Shown here piece by piece: positions 58,601 to 64,000 of a DNA stretch of 64,000 nucleotides. The translations under genes and the position numbers were made by a program. Location: NCBI GenBank assembly GCA_965662895.1, contig CBFIJH010000006.1:56924-120923 (forward strand), written 5' to 3'. The notes beneath the pieces were generated by a model. That model made no database searches. It was not told the DNA's origin and was given only the letters and a program-made list of their open reading frames with translations. This DNA is from Candidatus Poseidoniaceae archaeon (GTDB lineage Archaea > Thermoplasmatota > Poseidoniia > Poseidoniales > Poseidoniaceae). Position 1 is the stretch's first letter; each line of letters opens with the position of its first letter.

Positions 58601-59973
58601 CCCCCTTCAATCGTTGCTGGATTTCCATCGCTCTCCATAGGGATCGGAGAGAAGAAGGAAACTTGTCCATCCTTGTCGTGGTCTGCAATTGTTGCATTCC
58701 AAGTGTCAACGAACTGATTGGAAGAAGATTGAACCCATCCGGTTCCGTTGTTCAACAACACGTAGGATCCTGCTTGGTGGGGGGTGATAAAGTCAACATC
58801 ACCATCGTTATCGATATCTCCTGCTACCGATTGCGATGTAATGTTCCGGTATTTTGTGTTGTTTTCCATGAGAACTTTTGTTGTTGTATCAAAATACACC
58901 AGCGTTACATCATTGTTGTCATCCGTAGCAAGGATAGTCGTTTGATTTGAAGCAAAGAAGTTTCCAACCCGCAGAGCCCGCATGGCCGCGCGTCCATCAT
59001 CAACATTCCATTTATCGATGGAGACATTGTGTGCAGGAACAAACAAATTTGGCGTTATCTGAAGCGATAGTGTCACGTTACCGTTACCATTTGGACCGTG
59101 GAGTGTGACAAAGTCAAGTTTTCCGTCTCTGTCAATGTCCGCAATTTGAACATCGATTGGCTGGCTAGGGAGATTGACAGTAGTGTAAGGATCGTAGGAA
59201 GAATTCGATGCATTGTAATGATGAATGCACATTTTATTGTCCATACTTTGGAAGGTGACGACATCATCGAAGGAGTCATTGTTCATGTCAGCAATGCGCA
59301 TAACATTTGACATGGGGCATGTCGAGGTCCAGTTCGAAAGTGCATAATTCTGGTTTGTGCTGTTGCTCATAACTACTGCAAAACTCGTGTTAAGCCCGGT
59401 GGTTGAGTTGTCGTTTGATAGAACAAACGCATCGGTCATTGTATCGTTGTTCGCGTAACCAAGCTCCATTTGAAGCACCGAGCCAACTGGGATGTATTGA
59501 CCATCGATTTGGGGAGTGTACGAAACATTGAGCGAACTACTTTGCAAAGAAGCATTCAAAGGCAACAGAACAGGAGTGGTTACGCTAGACCCGCTATTGA
59601 GAGGAACTCGGTCGTAGGTGCTGCCCATTTCAAACGAATTCTGAGCACCGAGATTCCCGTAGCCTGGAGAATCGAAAGCCCAAACTTCATTCCCAAAACT
59701 GTTGTTGACATAGACACTACCTGGGCTTTGTGCTGGATTTTCAAATTTAATCATAAACGAGGCATCTTGATATGTCACATTCCTTGTTAGTTCAAGTTGC
59801 AAATCATTGGATACATTTGATCCATCCGAAACGATGGTAAGCGTTTGAGCCCCACCCATGAACGTATTCACTTCAGTTGTATTATCCGCTATGGTTTGGG
59901 GAACAATGAACAGCGGTGCAATGAGTATCAATGAAATCAGAACTGCTTTTTTTGAAGATGTAACTGATGCCAT
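55687..59973 (-). CDS. Large (1428 aa) cell-surface protein: FG-GAP/VCBS propeller, FnIII, TM, acidic Trp-rich cytoplasmic tail
   Basis: Signal peptide; ADMNNDSFDD, ADIDRDGKLD, GDIDNDGDVD and SDINNDGLMD repeats; FnIII (VTLEW...YVYVVRS; LKVTW...YWVAVAAVD); TM LWGGIGAGILLLATVGFVLYRR. Confidence 0.85.
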   Translation of the reverse strand: MASVTSSKKAVLISLILIAPLFIVPQTIADNTTEVNTFMGGAQTLTIVSDGSNVSNDLQLELTRNVTYQDASFMIKFENPAQSPGSVYVNNSFGNEVWAFDSPGYGNLGAQNSFEMGSTYDRVPLNSGSSVTTPVLLPLNASLQSSSLNVSYTPQIDGQYIPVGSVLQMELGYANNDTMTDAFVLSNDNSTTGLNTSFAVVMSNSTNQNYALSNWTSTCPMSNVMRIADMNNDSFDDVVTFQSMDNKMCIHHYNASNSSYDPYTTVNLPSQPIDVQIADIDRDGKLDFVTLHGPNGNGNVTLSLQITPNLFVPAHNVSIDKWNVDDGRAAMRALRVGNFFASNQTTILATDDNNDVTLVYFDTTTKVLMENNTKYRNITSQSVAGDIDNDGDVDFITPHQAGSYVLLNNGTGWVQSSSNQFVDTWNATIADHDKDGQVSFFSPIPMESDGNPATIEGGIQFLSLSSTGLGMANPSMLRPYSQPYDILFSDINNDGLMDQFVLSGEGSQGVFIGSWHNITLDANLDGIIDLWGEGYSSSTIPNLGVLTISDVANTIKTAIEPSFMSYPSMSDGYGIEMVSCFFEISTNSNGTANVSDLNLAYDVEFIVSTNQGILGTLSNALNQQMEAGTGTFSLTLPVETSLPGSFDAIGLRLISIPGAPNIALPPDPVLTSTATAKNVTLEWQAISEFGSNFVEFELYKASSIDALDYSSPDETFDNASSFVDEYVTPGKTYVYVVRSTHLFGVVSNFSSPLEVNVPYPAPPASVTNVQLIDLDNSTQSSPLKVTWDQSIDSDLVSEYRIYVAKSDLTLSGSDPFNLTTDNYSVGETNYQPVGTIPASVLEFGINQTSAFSNGTATSPPEAIQDGVQYWVAVAAVDEYGNASAPLPISGPTTAFNNTYITSQLEVTITAGPPESPSNILESSSPMKIILQAHYLDDFGQVTPIENAELELKLTYGEEEIVLNGQSNSSGYWTAIDVENLYDSSIPQTLLDYSANPTGTVNVHASMQPIERPNTQPYTSANRIDSIGTGMLVELVGPQSPVDMDANAEIDINVSLHAIDSVNPAHQTSLEDTKIVWEAYDNTSQEPLISGFEVISAGQVRIVAKLENMTRLELSVDPQERTLFGTTEIVLSLNAYSVPTQNNETNQNETEWIPTSIQSVIIECEASTLHTNQQSSDDPIACNLNNPNPFSVNVEVFVTESPPLFKSPNDATIEANGTISISFIPKYEDPLWARQNDVNVEKEFSIQILTTSLIYDLSTSQNSAVTWTADLFVADEPTTGGDEQSSSNAVLWGGIGAGILLLATVGFVLYRRASADFEDESYYEENETFPEENDESIEIPTGKPLDEFDDVSISDQPETIERPGDALISEVENMDGKAIEEEFIEDTSSDSELDDGISTDEFGTEWYEDEVGTWWFREAGEEDWSEYND

Positions 59974-60112
59974 TCTGGAGCCCCTCTGGATTCCTCAAGG
60001 CAAACATATACTTGAAATCAATGACATCTATGTCGAGGAAAACCCTAGATGAAACGCGCTGGCCAACATACAAACATTATCAATGAAGGTAACTTAGCAT
60101 TCTACGTTTGCC

Positions 60113-60613
60113 ATGACCATTCAGTCAAGAATAGCCATCACCGCAGGTGACTTAGAAATTGACTTGGGTGGCGCAGCCGTTGAAATTGATGCTCGACTCA
60201 TTCAAATGCGTCGTGAAGACACGTGGTCCATTGTATTGCAAAGACTACGAGATGCTCGAAATGCTGCAATTGATGCCGCTATTGATGCTGCCCGAGACTA
60301 TGGTTTACCTGAACGTGGATCTGCATTTCGTGCACTTGTTGAAAACTGCTCGTTGACGAAGAAACCCGACCAAGTTTTAGCAGCCATTCATTATCTTCGA
60401 GATGTTGAGGGCATAACTGATAGCCCTCCAAGGGTTGTCAACCAATTGTTTTCTGATGCGGAAATCGAACCACCCGGTAATCTAAGTTTGTATCTTAACC
60501 GACTCAAAGAGCGTGGCTTACTCATCGTTCCAACTGAGTTTGGTGAAAAGAACAGATTCTCCATGCTTACCGAGTCAGGACGGGCACACCTCGATAAACA
60601 ATCAATATCCTGA
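60113..60613 (+). CDS. Hypothetical protein with C-terminal winged-helix domain
   Basis: NLSLYLNRLKERGLLIV...LTESG pattern. Confidence 0.7.
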   Translation: MTIQSRIAITAGDLEIDLGGAAVEIDARLIQMRREDTWSIVLQRLRDARNAAIDAAIDAARDYGLPERGSAFRALVENCSLTKKPDQVLAAIHYLRDVEGITDSPPRVVNQLFSDAEIEPPGNLSLYLNRLKERGLLIVPTEFGEKNRFSMLTESGRAHLDKQSIS

Positions 60614-60620
60614 GTGCCAT

Positions 60621-61079
60621 ATGGTAATGTCAGGCGGAGGGGCAGGTGACCCTCGGGATGACCCAGATTCGGAAAAGTCTGAGGTTCTTGATTGCTCATA
60701 TCAAAATCACAGCAAAGCAGTATTCAGAAAAGGCCGCCATCGAGGATCAACCTTCCGAAGAGCCATACTTGATGAAGCCGATTTAACCGAGGGTGATTTC
60801 TCTGAGTGCGATTTTCGTCGCGCATCGATGGTTGAGGCGGATTTGATGAAGTCCGCTTTTGATGGTGCTGATTTCAGGGGAGCAGATCTACGTAAAGCCC
60901 GTTGCAATCTATCGAATTTTCGAAACTGTAAGATGAAGGGTGCTGACTTGCGAGGCATTCGAGGCAAGTATGCCATTTGGCAAGGAAGCGATTGGTGGAA
61001 TGCTATATTGAATGAGGATTTAGAAAAAGCGCTGGAAAAGAAGTGGCCACGCCCGAGGAATCATTCAGACTCATCATGA
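60621..61079 (+). CDS. Pentapeptide repeat protein
   Basis: Tandem A(D/N)L/Fxx units: AVFRK, STFRR, AILDE, ADLTE, GDFSE, CDFRR, ADLMK, ADFRG, ADLRK and ADLRG. Confidence 0.88.
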   Translation: MVMSGGGAGDPRDDPDSEKSEVLDCSYQNHSKAVFRKGRHRGSTFRRAILDEADLTEGDFSECDFRRASMVEADLMKSAFDGADFRGADLRKARCNLSNFRNCKMKGADLRGIRGKYAIWQGSDWWNAILNEDLEKALEKKWPRPRNHSDSS

Positions 61080-61657
61080 ACAATTTCAAGAGTGTTTGCT
61101 TCATCAAACGCCAACCTTGCACGTGCGTTAATCAGAGGAAGAAGAGCGAGGGCTCCACACAAAAACGTGCAAACTCCGCACAAGTACCCTGTAATCTCAT
61201 ACGTTTGAATGAGCATCGACTGATTCAAATGGAGTTCTGCCGCATCATGAATGATAATGTTGCCAAAAATCCCGCCGAGAAACGTCATTCCAGCACCCAT
61301 CAAGGCCAATTTCCCACCAATCGGTTTCATCAAATAGAGAAGCACGCTGCCGACAACAATAAGCAGAGCACCGAAAGAAAGTGAAATCCCTCGAATAAGA
61401 TATCCGTTTTGCTCATTTATTTCCTTGTGGAATTCTTGAAATTGTTCAATTGTCAAGTTTTCTCCTTGTTCGTTTGGTACATTGATCAAGGTTTCAATTT
61501 GGTTATCAGAGAGCGTCTCTGATCGATGATTCGATAAATCAGCATAGCCAAGAACTGCAAAGAAAATACCTCCAAGGAGGAGAAGAATCGCTACGGTCTT
61601 TGGACCCTTGTGGTCTGGGCGCACGGCAAACATATCCTCAGCATCTTCACTCATCAT
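61061..61657 (-). CDS. Hypothetical 4-TM membrane protein
   Basis: Four hydrophobic segments; GGGGTGA SD overlapping the upstream stop codon. Confidence 0.72.
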   Translation of the reverse strand: MMSEDAEDMFAVRPDHKGPKTVAILLLLGGIFFAVLGYADLSNHRSETLSDNQIETLINVPNEQGENLTIEQFQEFHKEINEQNGYLIRGISLSFGALLIVVGSVLLYLMKPIGGKLALMGAGMTFLGGIFGNIIIHDAAELHLNQSMLIQTYEITGYLCGVCTFLCGALALLPLINARARLAFDEANTLEIVHDESE

Positions 61658-61662
61658 TTCAA

Positions 61663-62076
61663 TCACCCCTTTTTACACGATTGTAGTGCTTGTCGCAAGT
61701 CATCAGGAATCGCCCTACGTTTCATTGATTCCATGTCGACGCATACTGTGACCTGAGTGGAAGTCCAAAGCAAATCACCACGCTGATTATGGAATTCATA
61801 GCACCATGTACACGAGGATTCACCAATTGTTTCAATCCAAATTGTTGCAGTAATTTGATCACCATAACGTAACGGTGCGTGAAAGTCGGATTCGACATGA
61901 ACAACTGGAAAGCCTGTTTTTCTCTTCAAAATCAAATCGGCATAACGAATATCGCAGATTTCTTTCCAAGCGTCCTCAAAAAAACGATGAGCAAGATCAA
62001 AAATCCGCGGGTAATAGGCAATGTTTGCTAAATCAACCATCGGGAAATCAACACCCCGTTCAAGTCGAACTGCCAT
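61663..62076 (-). CDS. Acyl-CoA thioesterase (4-hydroxybenzoyl-CoA thioesterase / hotdog fold)
   Basis: VDLANIAYYPRIF, FPVVHVESDFHAPLRYGD, IGESS and VCVD...IPD. Confidence 0.88.
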   Translation of the reverse strand: MAVRLERGVDFPMVDLANIAYYPRIFDLAHRFFEDAWKEICDIRYADLILKRKTGFPVVHVESDFHAPLRYGDQITATIWIETIGESSCTWCYEFHNQRGDLLWTSTQVTVCVDMESMKRRAIPDDLRQALQSCKKG

Positions 62077-62141
62077 GACCAATCTACGCGAAGAAGCAGT
62101 ATGAACTCTTGTACGAGTCACCGCTTTCAATGCCGTTGTGC

Positions 62142-62147
62142 TTATAT
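62142..62147 (+). promoter_or_regulatory. TATA box of tRNA-Arg
   Basis: TTATAT about 28-33 nt upstream of the mature tRNA 5' end. Confidence 0.55.
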
Positions 62148-62174
62148 CAACTCGGCAGGTGGAGCAATTACCCC

Positions 62175-62251
62175 GGCCCCTTGGGGTAGTTTGGATATCC
62201 TTCGACCCTGCGGAGGTTGAGACCCGTGTTCGAATCGCGGAGGGGCCGCCA
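62175..62251 (+). tRNA. tRNA-Arg (anticodon GCG), intronless, CCA encoded
   Basis: Acceptor GGCCCCT/AGGGGCC; anticodon arm CGACC-CTGCGGA-GGTTG; T arm CCGTG-TTCGAAT-CGCGG; discriminator G plus CCA. Confidence 0.95.
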
Positions 62252-62253
62252 AA

Positions 62254-63144
62254 TCACAACGCTGCTTGCTTGGCACGGTCGTTTTCAAGCCTCTTTGCAA
62301 CAGGTGCGTGATGTTTCGCTACTTGCTGCATAAAATATTCATCCGATGCATATGGCTCATCATGGATGAGCACGCGAGGGGAATCCGACAACAGCTCGAG
62401 TATCGACATGACGTCATCGTAGTGGTAACAATACTCGAACAGGGATGAATCGTCAACGACTTTTGTCCATTTTCTCTGATTCTTTTTCTTGAACCAAATT
62501 GTATACCCGTCGACGAGTGGGTTGGCGTCGGAAACTCTCCACTTCCAACCACCTGTTCCTTTGATTTCCGCCGCAGACTCTTCCGGCTTCATTGTTGCAC
62601 CCGTTGACGATTCAATCCAAGTTTTCATCGCCGAGGAAGCCGGACTAATGCTAAGTCCATACAACTGGAGCATCGCTCTTCGCAAAGGACCATGGGCGGG
62701 TTGATGGATAAATTTGTCATCGTTAAGCAACATCAAAAAGTATGAATCCAAAACATCGCATCCAGGAAGATCGGTGACCTTCTTGTAATCCGGTTGGATG
62801 CAGACCGTCGCCTCTTTGCCTTTCAATTCACCTTTTCTCGTCGTCTTCGTAGCTTGAAGCCCACTTCCGCCAGCAAACGGGTTTTTCAGTTTAGAAAGTA
62901 CAGAATCAAGTGGAATTGTGTACGTAGCAAGATTGCCGAGGACTATGATGTTCTCAGCATTAAATACGATTCTTTCGGGGTTCCTTTCAATCGTTTTCAT
63001 CAAATACTCAAGAGACGTCTGCATCGAAGTGAAACCTGCATCGATTCGCCTCTGGAATTGTTCGAGTTTCTTTGTTTGATATTCAGCTGATGGAGAGGGC
63101 TCCTCAACTTCTTCTTCATCGGATAGGAGAAATTCATCGACCAT
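62254..63144 (-). CDS. Hypothetical protein sharing a domain with 41045-43312
   Basis: Acidic N-terminus, then IIVLGNLATYTI...VCIQP...LPGCD...MLLND. Start set at MVDEF (63144). Confidence 0.75.
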   Translation of the reverse strand: MVDEFLLSDEEEVEEPSPSAEYQTKKLEQFQRRIDAGFTSMQTSLEYLMKTIERNPERIVFNAENIIVLGNLATYTIPLDSVLSKLKNPFAGGSGLQATKTTRKGELKGKEATVCIQPDYKKVTDLPGCDVLDSYFLMLLNDDKFIHQPAHGPLRRAMLQLYGLSISPASSAMKTWIESSTGATMKPEESAAEIKGTGGWKWRVSDANPLVDGYTIWFKKKNQRKWTKVVDDSSLFEYCYHYDDVMSILELLSDSPRVLIHDEPYASDEYFMQQVAKHHAPVAKRLENDRAKQAAL

Positions 63145-63174
63145 GACTGTATTCAAATTCAAGAGTATTTGAAC

Positions 63175-63846
63175 TTAGGAAGGCCAGTGGACGATTTCCC
63201 AACCCTTCTCCTCCGCAAATTTCTGTAATGGTCCCTCAGGATTAACAGCAATAGCATGGCCACAGATTCGCATAAACCATGAATCTGCTAGTGTGTTCCC
63301 ATATCCGAAACACTTCGACAAATCATGGCCATTCTCCTCCGCGTCACGCTCCACTACAGGGACCTTGCCTTTTCGACGGGGAACAGACCAACCTCGTTCC
63401 GATCCCGATAGCCAACCGGACCGTTCTTCCGGTCCACATCCGTAGACTTCATCCATGTTGAGTACGCGTGCCATCGCCTCTGCCATCGGAGCCACGGTTG
63501 CAGTAACAAGTACCAATCGGTGTCCTTGTCGACGATGCCAGTCGAGCCGTTCCCACGCGCCTTGTGAAATCCTAGGTTTTAGGATTGAAGTGGCAATCTC
63601 TTCGGAGTATTTCTCAAGGAGACGCCATGATGCCAGAGATAAGTGACCTCGATTTCGGAGAGCATCATAGGGCGATTTCCCCCTCAAAAGACCAAAAGTA
63701 GTGCCAAGAGTCCATGCAACAGTTGCGTGCGGAATTCTCCACGGCCTTCGTTTGGCGAGAATTCCGGTTAAGGTCTTTTCACTCGAAGCATTCAGCAACG
63801 TTCCATCGAGATCGAAGTATGCCGCAATCTCCGATGACTCGTCCAT
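63175..63846 (-). CDS. HAD-superfamily subfamily IB hydrolase (phosphoserine-phosphatase-like)
   Basis: AYFDLDGTL, H...GH.LVLVTA, GK and YGNT..D...M...G.AIAVNP. Start at MDESS (63846). Confidence 0.88.
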   Translation of the reverse strand: MDESSEIAAYFDLDGTLLNASSEKTLTGILAKRRPWRIPHATVAWTLGTTFGLLRGKSPYDALRNRGHLSLASWRLLEKYSEEIATSILKPRISQGAWERLDWHRRQGHRLVLVTATVAPMAEAMARVLNMDEVYGCGPEERSGWLSGSERGWSVPRRKGKVPVVERDAEENGHDLSKCFGYGNTLADSWFMRICGHAIAVNPEGPLQKFAEEKGWEIVHWPS

Positions 63847-63930
63847 GCTTATGGGATAGGAAATCGATTCATGAGGTCGTCGGTTCAAAATCACCGAATG
63901 TTCAAAACGAGCGATGAGAAGGAATCTGCC

Positions 63931-64000
63931 ATGCAGCGCATGGCGACACTGATTTTTGTCGTTTTGCTTGCACTTCCTTTCTCGGGTTGTCTTGAAGAGA
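63931..64000 (+). CDS. 5' end of a probable lipoprotein (truncated by window edge)
   Basis: Reads MQRMATLIFVVLLALPFSGCLEE: hydrophobic core plus SGC lipobox. Confidence 0.6.
   Translation, partial: MQRMATLIFVVLLALPFSGCLEE

Noticed and set aside
62175-62253. tRNA-Arg as an integration site for a mobile element
   Set aside because: No integrase and no duplicated tRNA 3' end were noticed in the window; the flanking genes look chromosomal.

Overview
Gene-dense archaeal chromosomal segment. The archaeal housekeeping markers (MCM, GatE, RaSEA, Trm1, Pth2, PAC2, a TFB-fold protein, archaeal-type YchF, tRNA-Arg(GCG)) are mixed with bacterial-like metabolic genes (MaeB, RlmH, PabB-PabA/PabC, an mPGES-2-like GST) and very large secreted proteins. 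By gene-content inference this best fits a Marine Group II / Ca. Poseidoniales (Thermoplasmatota) genome. About 48 CDS and one tRNA are supported; I saw no CRISPR array, rRNA, transposase or integrase. Most notable: (1) a cbb3-oxidase subunit I (CcoN)-like membrane protein that lacks all six metal-ligating histidines and is fused to a pair of EF-hands; (2) a near-consensus archaeal ORB (Orc1/Cdc6 box) with degenerate copies directly upstream of mcm, with no cdc6 in the window; (3) two giant surface proteins that appear to share a split scaffold carrying different beta-propeller inserts; (4) a probable cobalamin capture module (beta-propeller-2TM-DUF4430 plus a CbrT-like S component); (5) an AddAB-like pair with Fe-S cysteines on both subunits, divergent from a highly diverged TFB paralog. 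All family assignments come from motifs recognised by eye, not from database searches.
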